Positions 37,658 through 50,713 of a DNA stretch of 64,000 bases are shown here, one piece after another. Source of the stretch: Paramecium tetraurelia (taxonomy: Eukaryota); the NCBI GenBank assembly GCA_000165425.1, contig CT868396.1, positions 1 through 64,000 of the forward strand, written 5' to 3'. How positions within the stretch are numbered: position 1 is the first letter of the stretch; each line of letters starts with the position of its first letter. Both the position numbers and the translations under genes were made by a program. The notes under the pieces were generated by a model. The model was not told the origin of the DNA. It saw only the letters and a list, made by a program, of their open reading frames with translations, and made no database searches.

Positions 37658-39590
37658 TCAAGTAATCGTTTTCATTCTTTCAGTCTTTTTTTGTATTGCC
37701 TGTCTTTTAATAACATCAGTCGTCAGATCTTTCATCTTACTCTCATTTAACCCAAGGAACTCTTCAATAGTCAAATAACCTCCTCCACTTCTTATCAAAA
37801 TCTTACCCTGCTCCTATTTGATAAATATTCTCTTGTGTCCGTATAAATAGACTCCATCGGATTGTCTTTTAAGTAAGGGGATGTATTTCTCCTTATCAAC
37901 TCTATTGTTTATAAAATTAGCAATTTGCTAATCCAAGTCATCTCCCTTTGCTGGCATATAGGCTTAATTGGATTCAACAATTTGAGTCATCATAGTTTTC
38001 AGTTATGAATTGTGTAGCTCTTTCTCATCATGTTTCTTACTGAGGTCAAAAATGGTTTATCTTAAATTATTTAACTAAATTATATTATAATGCAAATATA
38101 CCTCTTTCATTTGATTTTCTATCTGGGATTGAAACTAGGTTACTTTTGAATTTATTGGTTTTAAATCAGGAAAATCTGGGATTGAGTATTAAATCTTAAG
38201 AGATTATAAATTTTATTGAAGGACTGCAATTTTTAAATTTTCAGTTTTTAATTTAGTATTTTCACTTTCCAAAGAATTGATTTGTAATAGTTATTTTGCA
38301 ATTTATTCTTTCAACTATCTGATTTCTTTTTCGTATTCATCATTCTAATGGAATTACTAGAAACCTAACTGTCTTTACAAAAGTGCAATATCATCCTATA
38401 ATTTATAAATTTATTTATCTTTGTTTATTATTTCTTTTTCTAATTGATTATTCAATTACTCGAATATTAAATTCTAACAGTTTTTCTACTCTACAAGACT
38501 TAATTTGACTTTTTATTGATTGATGTAATTGTTCAAACCCTCTAATTATTCATCCTATGATTAAATTTTCTATTTTAAGATTTCATTCTCTAATTCTAAT
38601 TTCTGCTGCTTCTCTTTCAGGATGTTGACCTATATTTTTATAATGAAATAATTACTTCTTCATTTTTCAATCTCTGAATTTGTTATTGCTTGTCCAACAG
38701 ATCCTTTTCATATTAACTGGAAACCTATTGTAAGACTTATTCAAGATCCTTCTTCTATTTGGCATAAAGTTGGAGCATCTATTTATTTTGATCTTGATTT
38801 TCAATCTAGGCTTACAAATGGGATGCCGAGGACTGTTTTTCTTGGATGATTTCATGCATTTATTCGATTTTCAATTGTTGTTCTATGGAAAGTGATTGGA
38901 GATCATCAAACATCTACTGTAACTCAATCAATTCATTGGATAGTCTGGTATGCTTTTCTTGTAGTGATTCATTCTAATTTGTTAGATCCTCGGATAATTA
39001 TGAGATAAATTATTGCAATTGTTTTCTTTTGGCTTGACTAATTTCTAATTCGTTCAAATAGTCGTTTCGTTCTCTCATTTTCAGGAGTTTGTTCTCTTCT
39101 TTGACGGTTTCGTATTGTTACTTTAGGAGTTCATTTTAGTTCTGTTATTTTATGGAATTAGGTTATTAGTTGATTAGCTATTGAGTTTTGGCCTTCTGCT
39201 GTCTCTCCTTGGTTCTGGTCTTGTAGGACTTTAGGTAATGTCTCAGAGGACTCTGATGGGATTGGTTTGCTTCGAATTTGATGTCTTTGGAGAGGAGGAA
39301 GAGGATGTAATATTTGCCTTTCAAGTCCTTTAATTGGAAGGAGTCGGTCAGTTCAATTTCGTCGGTTTATTCTTTGGGTACTGGAATGGTCAGCACAGCT
39401 ATGTTTTCGAAATCGAATAGAATGTGATCAGGAATTTGACTTGGTTTAAGTTATGATGGTATAATTACGAAATGTCAAAAAATTGGGCTTCTTGAGAAGG
39501 TAACTCTAATGGTTTGGAGATTTCATTAATTTTAATATTGCATTTGCAATTAGTTTTAGTTTTTATGGCAACAACGCATTTGAAATTCAT
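37658..39590 (-). CDS. Coiled-coil protein with C-terminal GAS2/GAR microtubule-binding domain
   Basis: Long Q/E/K coiled coil, then YMPAKGDDLDQQIA...GVYLYGHKRIFIKQEQGKILIRSGGGYLTIEEFL (GAR signature). Confidence 0.88.
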
Positions 39591-39638
39591 GAAATTAATT
39601 AATATATGTTATTTTTAATATCATTATTGTTTGGGTTT

Positions 39639-40434
39639 TCATTTTTTGATAGTAGAGTCATCTTCCGATAAATCCTTATAGTCTAGAATTTTAAATGTTT
39701 TGATTACTTTGGAGGTAAGATTGGAGGAAGAGTCCATTTTCGTTGATAAATGTTTCTGCCTTTTGATAATCCTTGCCAACCATATTGAGAATGATTGCAA
39801 TGTCTTCGTCATTGGCTTCCTAAAAATTGGCTTTTAATGACTCAAACAATTTAGAAACTAGGTCGATGTAGCGATGATACATACATTTATCTTCTTGTTT
39901 CTCATACACTCTGATGAATTTGGCCTTCACATTGGATTGAGGATAGTGCAGCGATTGTCGTTCGGCTCCGATCTGCACCTGTTTGATCTTCTAATAGGAG
40001 TGTCGAATGGGTTCTCTGCGAGTCTTGATCACCTTTCTCTTCTGGGGTCTATAGAGAGGTTTTTGGGGTTTTTTGATAATTCTCTTTGGTAATGGAGGGG
40101 ATTGGGAACTTTCATAGTCGTACAATTTCCCTTGAGCTTCGAGTGTATCGAGGTCCAGCAATTTGGCTATTTATTTTTAGGACTGAGTTGTATTGATGGT
40201 TTTGGTTGGGAGCGGTTTGTCGATTTTTGGGACAGGCACACATTCTTCGTCGTCTGAGATGATGATAATTTGGGGTTGTTGAGTTGGTATTTGTGTCTAA
40301 TGATACATGGGGGGTTTGTAATGTTGAAAATTATAGTAATTGTAATTTGGTTGTGGTATATATTATGGGTAGAGGTATACTGGGGGTTAGTAAGGGTATT
40401 ATGCGAATTTATAATGAAAAGCATTGGGATGCAT
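39639..40434 (-). CDS. Hypothetical protein: P/Y/Q-rich N-terminus and ELM2-like C-terminus
   Basis: MHPNAFHYKFAQYPYQPPVYLYPQ...; VQIG...NDEDIAIILNMVGKDYQKAETFI resembles ELM2. Confidence 0.6.
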
Positions 40435-40558
40435 GTTGAGTGGCTTGTGAATTAGAGTTTTAATTTAATTTTTTTTAATGTTTCGAATGAAGAAAAAGGA
40501 AATTTGTTTTTAATATCTTATTTAAAAATGAAATAAAATTGATTATTTATAATATCAT

Positions 40559-41191
40559 TCACTAACAAGTTTCATAGTTTCAACAAACTGGGAATCATTT
40601 AATATCTCTGAACTCATATCCAAGATACTGAGATCTTGATTTCTGGATCTTTTAAATATCAAAATATCTCGTTGTTGTTGCATCTTCTATACAAAATAGG
40701 ACCTAGTAAATGGAGATCAAAGATATACTATTTAAGAAGAACTACCATTCTGACTGTTAGTGACAAGTAACGCATAGAAATTAGGGAAATTCCAAAAATC
40801 TCATCGTAATACACTTCATATTGCAATCTTATACACAAGATGATTGACAAAAATGCACAAAAGTCTAACACATTCCAGGCTGTTGTGAAGAATTCCTTTA
40901 ATTAAAATATAAAATATTAATTTATAATACTCTTCCTTCCATCAGGACTTTGAGTGTTAAATCTGTGCAAATCGTGAAAGTCAACACTCCTTCGCAAATC
41001 AAAACAAGAGGGTTCTCCAAACTCTAAATATATCAATCTGAAGGGTACTTGTGTCGATCCCAAATGACCTAATTTGTCAATCATTATCCTACATAAACGA
41101 GCAGCACTGTCGAAATAATCAGCTGTATCAAACAATACGTCAAATAACACAAACTCCTGTGTAGACTGGCTATCAAATACTTCGAATTCAT
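40559..41191 (-). CDS. Stand-alone voltage-sensor-like (S1-S4) membrane protein
   Basis: Four hydrophobic helices; S2 CEGVLTFTICTDLTLK, S3 EFFTTAWNVLDF, S4 ISLISMRYLSLTVRMVVLLK; TGA 40559 with no pore region. Start may lie slightly upstream. Confidence 0.75.
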
Positions 41192-41325
41192 CTTTGCGGC
41201 TTGTATATTTTACAATTAATATTAATTAACTTGTGTTTATATTATTGCATTATTTGCATGATTAATTTATTCGCACACTCCACTCTTCTCAATTTATTTA
41301 GACAATTAAATTAATATTTAATATA

Positions 41326-43945
41326 ATGAATATTGAATAAATTTTGGAGAAACAAGAAAATGCAATCATCGAGAGTGGGTCTCTCTTGCTTCCCGCCTTT
41401 TCCTTCTGGTAACAAACTAACCATGATTTGGAGCACTACTTCTATCTCACTAGGAGTCTCACGTCTCTCTGTCACAGTCCATTCAAAAAAGACATGACCA
41501 TAATTACACAATTATGCGAACGGACTTGTGATAAGGACAAACAACCAACCCACATGTATGATTTTGTCGATGTGGAAACTATGCATAAACAACTCGAATT
41601 CGAATCAGTTTGCTCCTACAAATATTTCAGAAATCATCCAACCACATTTAGAGTTGGAACACATTAAGATATATTTGATAATCTGGTAAGTGATGTGTGT
41701 GGATATGGTAGTTCTTCCAAAAATTCAACAATGCCACCCTCATCTTTGAAGACGGACATGATTTACCGCTCAAATTAGAGAAGGCAATGAGTGCATCGTT
41801 TAGTTCTCATACCATATCATAAATGATCAAAGCACTCTTTAGTCCTTAAAAACCCACTCCAAAATGGGATTAACAAATGAGTAGCAAACTAAAATTACTC
41901 ACTAAATAATTTCAGCCCAACAATAACTTTCAAGTTTGTACTCTCACTCAATAATAATATGACATTTTAATGCCAATCATAGCATTTGGAAATAGAATAG
42001 TCCAATACACATAAGTAACACATTTGCTTACTATTAGACTCTCAACAACCAAAAGGATGAATTTATTATAGAATCCAATAAGATTGCCTCCATAGTCACG
42101 CAATGCACCTAAAAAATCCCAGATTCAGAATTCTTTTCTTAGTTACAACAATACTTTGTTAAATCCAGTGGTACCTTTAAATAATCTAAATATCCTTCCA
42201 TTGATTCTTCAAATTATGAGTAATACCTGGATGACATTTTCAAAATACCATAAAGGCATTTATTCCAACAATGGTACATTTTCATTAAATAAACATTTGA
42301 ATTACAAGACTCAAATGAACAAGAATTAATAAGTCAACAATAATAGTTCAACATACTTGTTTCAACCAATGACAAAGTATCAGTGGATAAATCTATCTAA
42401 GCTACAGAACAACAGAATTATAGAGATTATAAATTAGTGCTCTTCACAGATGCTATTTAAAACTCCTACAACTTGAATCTCTTATGCTTGAGTCCTCTTT
42501 GTGGTATGAACAAGTTGTTAAGTAATGGAGTTTAGAATATTGTTATCATCACTTAACACTCGTATCCTGCCAAACTGTTTAAGACTGAATTTAATATCAA
42601 TTTTTAATTTTACCCTCAAATCCCAGTCCAGGAATTGAAAATCAATCAAACTCTCATCAGTAAAGTCCAAAATTACAACATTGACTATTTAAATAAAACT
42701 GAGTAGAATTTCGATGCTATGATACTTGAGATCGGTAAATAATTTTAATAAGTCAATTATCAAATAAATGACCATGGATTCATTACTCTTTTTTCTTCCA
42801 AATCCTTTATGCAAAAATGCTAGGATATTTGGAGTCAACATTCCATACTCTCATCCCTTGGAGTAAATAAAGAATTCCAATGGATCAAATACTAAAATGT
42901 ATTTATCATTATTATTCATACTTTATAGAAGAAGAGCATCTACGAGATCATTCGTCTTTTTCTAACCAAATGCAGATCCAATGCAATAGTTGGCGATACA
43001 ATGCCTTCCATCTATACAGTGTTTAATGATCTATTTTTGGATCAATTGTAGGAGGCTATCTAAAAATAATTAGATTATCAACTCAAGCATCCTTAAACCC
43101 TGAAAAATTAAACTCAAATAACAGTGTTTTTATTGGGAGTACCCTGGGCGAGTTAATTTATGTACTATTAGGAGAATGGACATGAATAATTGCCGTAAGT
43201 GCAATTAAACTTGAAGTTAGAATGGTTAAAGAGCTTAAAAAATAATGTAATACATTCAAACATTAAAGTATGATAGGAAATATTTTAGTATGGTAAATGC
43301 AATCAGAAATATCTCAAGATTATAACATATTCTTGATCCCTTGTGTCCCTGTAATTTGATCGTCTTAGATGAAAAGTTCCAATAGAAATTATTGTGGAAG
43401 GATCAGAACTTTCCCAACGTTTTAAGTTTCCCCGATGTTATCAACGAATTAAAGAAAGTAATTAAGCGAATGATATTCCTTAGTAAGTTTCAGCTTTAGT
43501 AAGATCAGAGAACTTAAATGAGAATAGAAAAGACACGTAAAAAATAGAGAACAAAAAATGTCAAACTTTCAAGCTTCACTTCAAATAGCCAGTCCAAATC
43601 CAAACGTCAAAGAGGAAAATAATGTTAAATAAAACCTTGTTGGGAGACTTATACAACCCGTAGAAGAAATCTCTTCCAGTCGAATAATAGTGTGAAAAGA
43701 TAACTATTGAGTAATTGATTGGGCAGACGGAATCCAAGGATGTGAATAAAAGTGATAATCAAGTTGAAGTGGAGGAATTGAAATGTGTCATCTGTTGGTC
43801 AAATACTCCAGATAAAACTATGTGTAAATCTGAGAAATGTGGTCATGTGGCATGCCAGGACTGTTGGAAATAATGGTTATAAACAAAATTGGAGTGTCCC
43901 TTATGTAGAGCCAGAGTCAGAGAAAAGTTTCTAATAGTAATTTGA
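41326..43945 (+). CDS. Degenerate XPD/RTEL1/FANCJ-family helicase-like protein with C-terminal C3HC4 RING
   Basis: Collinear family landmarks NAIIES, YFYLTRSLTSL, VDVETM..VCSYKYFR, LIFEDGHDL, LCLSP..NIVIIT, GFITLFSSKSFM...W, VFLLGVPW; RING CVIC...CGHVACQDC...CPLC at ~43784-43906. Confidence 0.8.
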
Positions 43946-44157
43946 TTGGTTTAATTGTTGTTTCTAAATTATGGATTTGTAAAGGTACTTGTTTTTCTAA
44001 TTCAAATTAAATATCAATATAATATTATTCATTTTATGGAAATATGAAGATTGGAGATCTTAAAAGTCTAAAAATATACAATGTATTTATTCATATTAAA
44101 AGAGATATATAATTATTCAGAAAATGAGATAAATTTAATTAGATATTTTGTGATAAA

Positions 44158-44858
44158 ATGAAAGAAGAGAAGCGAATCATAGGGTGGGATGAACTATCAA
44201 ATCATTGTAATCGTACATCACTTTGGGTTGTGATTGAGGGCTAAGTGTTTGATGTAACAACATATTTGGCAGAACATCCAGGAGGCGATGATATTCTGCT
44301 TAAATATGGTGGATTGGATGGGACTTAGAAATTTCTAGAGGTGAACCATTCAAATTATGCTCGCTCCCTCAGAAATGCTAGATTAGTTGGAACACTTACC
44401 TCAGATCCATAACCAAGTGATTACATAAAACAAGTGAAATCTCAGAAACAAAAAGTAGGAATCTAATGATCAACATTTAGGCTAATGTAAATCCAAATAG
44501 TTAGATTTCATGGGAAGAATTAGCACTGCATAATAAAAAAGGAAGACTTATGGATGGTTATAGAAGGCAAAGTCTACGATGTTACAGATTTTCAAGATGA
44601 ACATCCAGGTGGTCCCGCAATCTTGTTGGGAAAAGCTGGTGATGATGCCACCACTGCATTCCATGATGCCAATCATTCTCAGAGTGCTTACAAATAATTA
44701 GAAAAATTATAAGTGGGTGTGATAACAGGTATACATAATTAAATATATGAAAAGGAGTAAAACCAAATGTGAGTGGAAGTGGAACAAGCACAAATTTAAT
44801 ATTTTTTATTCTTTTGATTTTGGCTATAGGGGCAGGAATTTATGTGATTACAAAATGA
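44158..44858 (+). CDS. Tandem cytochrome b5 (two heme domains) with C-terminal membrane anchor
   Basis: Two units WxVIEGxV(F/Y)DVT...EHPGG...DxTxxF...HS; tail LIFFILLILAIGAGIYVITK. One extra A in a homopolymer at ~44535. Confidence 0.9.
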
Positions 44859-46466
44859 ATCTGTACATAATCATAAATTATAATATAATATTCTTATTAA
44901 TTTTAGTTTAATAATATTGAAAAAATCTAAAATTCCCATATTGATTTAAGAGAATTTAAACAAATTTGTTTGCAATAGATTAATGATCCAATAAAATTGA
45001 ATATAAGGATGTGTAATTAAAATCTAACCAGATGAAAGATCATTCTACTTTAAGAAACCATTTTTTAGATTCTGAGAGAACAATTAGATCATCATTAATT
45101 TAGAGTATAGCTTTTTGTCTTTCAGCAATTAAGTAAGATTATGCAGATTGATAAAATTATCGTTACATTTATATTAAGAATTAACTCTAGCCATTTGTTA
45201 TTCATTCCCAATAAAATAGAATAAATTAATTTAGCAGACTGGAGAACATTATATAAAATTATTTGTAATTCGATGCTACTCCTTAGATATAAAATGAAAT
45301 ATTGAGGAAATTAAGTGAGAAGAAATGAATACTTTTGCTACTTATTATATTTTTGATATTAATAGAATCATTATTAATATATAAAATTGACTCATAATTT
45401 GAAATATTAGCACCCAAAATCTTTCATAAAATTAATAGAGCATAATGTATCTTGGGCATTGTTAACTATTTAAATACTTAAATGATATTCTTCAATTACT
45501 AGACACTATTACATTGGCTTTTGCTTCATAGCAACTAATGTCATTATTTCAATTCGCATCACCATCAACTTGGATGTCCATTTTAGGATATTGATTTTCT
45601 AAGTTAAGTTTCTTTAGGCAAGATATCAATCATGAATTTTTCCAGCTAAATTCAGATTCATTGATAAGGTGATATTATATATCAAATAATTATTAATCAA
45701 ATATTTTTATTAATTTTGATCAAGGAGTGTTAATCATTTATTATAATTCATCTATATTGATGATTTCTTATTCATAAAAACAGTCGACTAATATCTGCAT
45801 TGGAGAGATCCTGTATTAATTTACTAGGTTCCTATATCATACAATGTAAATCAATGAATGTCCAATTTTAGCAATCAATAAGTTAATTTCTATCCATTAC
45901 ATGTGAATTTTCTATGAGGAATGCAATAGGTTATTTTAAATGAGAGTTGATTGCCTATATTTGGATGTAAAGATAGAAGGTTCAAATTTATGTAATAATA
46001 TAATATTATCAATCAAGTGATATATTTGACACTCTTTCAACTTCTTGATGGTTTCTAAGATATAAATTTGATACAAGATTTCAAACAATAGAATTAGATT
46101 AAAGTGATAATTGTATTTTTGTTAAAACATCCTTTAATGTAATCGCTTATAGATTAGATATCTTCTCTTATGCATATTTGGAAAAACAAACATAGTAAGA
46201 TAAAGTGTCTTCTTTTTCGTAATCCTTGTTAATTCCTCATTCTGAGCAGTTAATCTTAGTCTTAATATAGATCTTTTGCATGAAAATCAAATGATGATCC
46301 TTCTTAACATAAGGAATTGAAAAGTCGATTATAAATTCTCCTTTCAGTTGGATTTATTCCAATGAAAAATGTATTAGTTATCTTCTCATCCTGAATATGG
46401 AATTCAAAATTATCGATATCCAAACTTTTGTTAATTCTATCGATAGCAATTTATTATAAATTCCTT

Positions 46467-48340
46467 ATGAATGAGGAGCAACAAATTTTCCATCTAATAC
46501 TTGGCAATGAAAGTAATTTAGACAAATCCATTCAGAAATCAAATGCTAAAATTAGAGTAGAAGAATTGCGGTAACATTTGGCATCAAAGTACTCTAACAC
46601 ATATGTCTATGTTTTGGAAGACATAAAAACAGAGAGTTTTAATTTGAATTTTCTTTTGGAAACTCATGGTGGAATTTTTAAATACCTCATGGAGCTAATT
46701 ATTAATTTTTAAGAATAATCACTTGACTTTAAAGTATATTTTTCAGATGATAATGGAAGAATAATTGTTAATTAAAAAGTAAATTCTACAATTCAATTTT
46801 AGCTGCTGAGACTTTAGGTTTCCAGATATACCTTACGGCTCAATAGTAGTCTTCATGTTGGCAGCTTTTTTATCAATCCTGTCTATGGAGAGATAGGCTT
46901 GAATTTGGCTACTATAAATACTAGAAAAAGTGAATTTTTTGATTCAGCTTAACCAATATAAGATGACTTTATCGTCTATATGGATAGCTTAATCCTTACT
47001 GCAATATATTCAATCAGATATCATTATTTAAGGATACTATTTATGATCAACAAAATCAACCTCAAGTTGTTTAAATTATATGAATATTATTACGAATAGG
47101 TGAGGTACAAGGATAATTAATAACTCAATTGGAGAAAATTCCCAAAAGATAGTGAGTAATTGTTGTTGAGAATCAAGAAAGTCGTGAAAAAGTAAATATG
47201 ATTTAAATATTTAAAAAGTCAAATGCATTTACAATTTACAGAGTAGGAGTATCTCAAATTGGGGCCAATACTTTCTAAATAAATTTCGACAGAGAATTCT
47301 TGTTTGATTGAGGTTGTCCCAAAAAATCAAAGTGAGTTGGAAGTGGATGAAAGGTTACAGATAAATGAAGGAGGCTTTTGCAATATCTATTCAAAAGAGA
47401 TCATTTTTGCAATTAAAAAGGAAGCCAGATAGTAATAGCAAGGACAAAAAAGAACTCTTGTTATTAAGATGAATAAGGGCATGGGCAGTGATAAAATCAA
47501 ATAGGAAGCTGAAATTATCTAAGTATTAAGCAATCAGGGCCCAAATATATAAAGAGAGTATTTAATATTTATATATTTAGGAATTAACCTCACTATTTAC
47601 AAAAATACTTCTAGTTCTCAGGATGTTGTCCCTACATTGCTTAGTTCTATTCAGTATCAGATAGACCTGACGTTCTATTGATGGAAAGATATTATCACTC
47701 TTCATTGGATTATTTAAAATCCAAGAAATCGGAAGTTTTAAGTTTGTCCTCTAGAATTTTCATTTCTCACAATGTGGCTATGGGTTTGAGATATATTCAC
47801 AATTACGGCATCATTCATATGGATATAAAGCCAGCAAATATTTTGATATCGAAGACAATGATGGCAAAAATAACTGATTTTGGAGAGGCCATCAATACGA
47901 ACAATATTTCCGATAGCAATAAGCCAGGGAAGACCATCCCATTTTGTGCTCCAGAGATTTAACAGAGATTAGAGAATAATTAATATACTTATGCCTATGA
48001 CATATACTCCCTTGGTGTACTCATTTTTGAACTTTTGTTTGATCGATTCCCAATAGTAAGATTAATTACGATTTTCTAGGATTTCAGGAAATAGAATTAT
48101 AAGTGTTTAGAGGATAAATTACAAAAGCAGATCTATTAGGTTAGATACAACGAAGATGAGGATTAAAAGATAGGGCCATAATATTTAATGAAATACTTAG
48201 GAAGACTGTGTATTTAATGTATAAAATAATGATATAAATATTAATTAGGTTTATAGCCAGATCCACAGTTAAGGCCTAATATCGATAAAATTATTTTAGT
48301 TCTGAAGGATTGTCTTACATTCTTAGACAAAGTTTATTGA
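46467..48340 (+). CDS. Protein kinase (TKL-like) with N-terminal YbjN-like domain; catalytic motifs intact
   Basis: INEGGFCNIY, LVIK, HMDIKPAN, ITDFG, GKTIPFCAPE, DIYSLG; N-terminal RLNSSLHVGSFFINPVYGEIGL. Confidence 0.85.
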
Positions 48341-48414
48341 ATGTGTTTGTGATGAGAATATTTATATAGTTTTTATTTTTAATAAAGAAATTCTGTGAAA
48401 TTTAATAATAACTC

Positions 48415-50399
48415 ATGATTTAAGAAGAAGAGCTTGAAAATGAGTTTACTTTACTTGATTTGGACGACTTAGAGGAGACTGACTTTGACAAATTCGCATC
48501 TAAAGATTCAAAAGTGGAAAATCATTTCATGGATCTGTAATTTAGAAATTATGATATTACATAAAATAAATAAACTTAACAATGGCATATCACGATCACT
48601 TTAGAATAGTAATCTATAGAATTCCTGTATTAGGTTTTCAAATAAATTTATAGCATTTTGTACGATTACAATAAATTTTATCAAAAGGCGTATAGATTGT
48701 AAATCTTATATTGCGAAATCTGATGGCTAACTCATTCAGGTGTACGAGAAAGTATGTGTTGATCCTATTTTTCAAGTATATCCAAAGATTATTGACAAGA
48801 TATTTTTGCAGAATTAATCATTCTTTGCGATTTGGCTGTTTTTGTTTTGAGAATGAAACAGGGTAGATCTTTTTGAAACTCAATTCAATAGTGATTTAGG
48901 AGCATTGGGTAGATTTACTGTGCTCAGATGAGTCAAATAAATCGTTGTCAAACTTATTAAGTGTTCTGGAGTCTACATCACATTCTGCAATAGGATACCA
49001 TATTTATAGATTAATGCATTAGATCAACAAATTATCTAAGAAAGTTTTTCCATTTTTAGAATAAAAATTAAGAGATCAATATCGTAAAGTCCATCCTTCA
49101 TTTGATATTTATTTGTAGAAAATTAATGTAATTATTGAAGAGTATGCATTTGCTTTAATTTTAGTAAATGCACAAGAGACATGAGCGAAGAGGAGTTTCA
49201 ATAGTTTGAATAACATTTCAGGTATCCAAAATAGCTTAATACTCAATATAAGATACTGAACAAGATTGAGTTCTCAAAATTTGAGTAGGTAGAAAAATGT
49301 GAGATAATATCAGATGGAGAGCTTTCAATTATTTAGAAGGGTAAATTGGCTTTTTCGTTGGTGTAGAAGCAAAGTCAAAGACATCCTGAGGGTACAGAGA
49401 ACGTCATGAGCAAGGAAACCTAAGTATAGGTCAGATAAAAAAACAGTATGAATAATCAAGATCAAAATACTTTTTAGACATATATAAAGAAGACAGTAGT
49501 GATCAAGAGAAATAAGAAATAAAAAAGTTAAGATTAGGCTCCTGGAAGAACTTAGGAGCAGCCTAATCAAATTGCATATGAAAAAAAAATAATGTAAAAA
49601 TATTGATTTAAATTTGTAGAGAAGTTCTGTCATAGGAATTGTTTGATTAGAACAAGAAGCTAATTCACAATGGATATTGTCCATTCATTTCTTAATATTA
49701 TATGACTGATTAAGGAAATGTGTTTTAAGAGGATTTGTTTATGGATTTTTATTAGCATTTTGCATTGAACAATTTTAGGGAGAAGTTCTAAGCTACGTAG
49801 AGCTTGAACACTCGGTTATATGTGCTATTTTAGATTGCGCATGCTTTAAGGTATCTGTTTTAATATGGAGTGATTCACTAAAATCTTACACCTTAAAATG
49901 TATTGGTACTCATCATATTTAATAGAGATAACTAAAAATTACAATGTAAAATTGAAGGGCTTTGGAAGATCCATTTACAAGCAGGGCGATTAAGTGATAT
50001 TGTATTCTGATGAAAGAGGTACTCTTCCATTTGCATCACCTGAGTCTCTTAGTGCAGAACGTAAAAATAGTATTGGCCATAAATCAGACATTTTCTCATT
50101 TGGCATGTTGATGTATGAGTTCTTGTTTGAAAAATACCCGATTGTAAGGAGTTATGAAGATGATTTAGGATTTCAAATAAAGCGACCTGTCTGGATTAAA
50201 AGATCGATATTTTAACAAATCTTATGAGATAAGATCTAATGTTGATCTTATAAAATCATAGGGACCAAAGCATTTAATGAAATACCTCCGCAATCTTGCT
50301 GTGAAATGCCTTCATCCTGATCCCAATCAAAGACCCAAAATAGAGTGGATAATCATTTGCATAAGAGAAGGGTTGAATTATCTAGAGAAGATGTATTGA
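48415..50399 (+). CDS. Pseudokinase paralog of the upstream kinase, same N-terminal domain
   Basis: Reads through with ~7 short introns; ISDGELSII, VVIK, IHQNLTPQN (HxD lost), LKGFG (DFG lost), GTLPFASPE, DIFSFG; N-terminal RINHSLRFGCFCFENETGQIFL. Confidence 0.8.
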
Positions 50400-50435
50400 A
50401 TTGTAATTAACAATAATATAATTATATTAATTTTA

Positions 50436-50606
50436 ATGAGTTCTGAAATAAATGATCAAATAAAGATAAGTTATTTAAAGTGTTTGACAGAGAATCCAAC
50501 ATAATTCATCCCAAACCCATTCATTTATCCTGCTCTTGATTCATCAACTGAAAATCAGGAATATCAATTCTCAGAGTCATTCCAATTCTCATTTTAGCAA
50601 AACTGA
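50436..50606 (+). CDS. Small hypothetical protein (56 aa)
   Basis: ATG..TGA ORF MSSEINDQIKISYLKCLTENPTQFIPNPFIYPALDSS... filling an otherwise unexplained intergenic space. Confidence 0.4.
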
Positions 50607-50713
50607 TAAGCAATTTATGAAGGAGACTCAATTACAAATATTAGGTTTTAAGAAATTTTCAATTTGCCAATATAATTATGTTTTAGAAATCAATTAAAAA
50701 AAACGAATTAATT

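Noticed and set aside
40917..41150. ORF-track 77-aa peptide MLFDVLFDTADY...
   Set aside because: Wrong frame; the alternative spliced frame gives the coherent S1-S4 protein.
44900..46400. Possible gene between cytochrome b5 and the kinase
   Set aside because: Only short TGA-interrupted frames on both strands; probably a decayed gene, and no model can be supported.
48415..50399. Second kinase first read as a frameshifted pseudogene
   Set aside because: The frame shifts and TGAs I traced are removed by canonical 22-32 nt GT-AG introns, leaving an intact pseudokinase.
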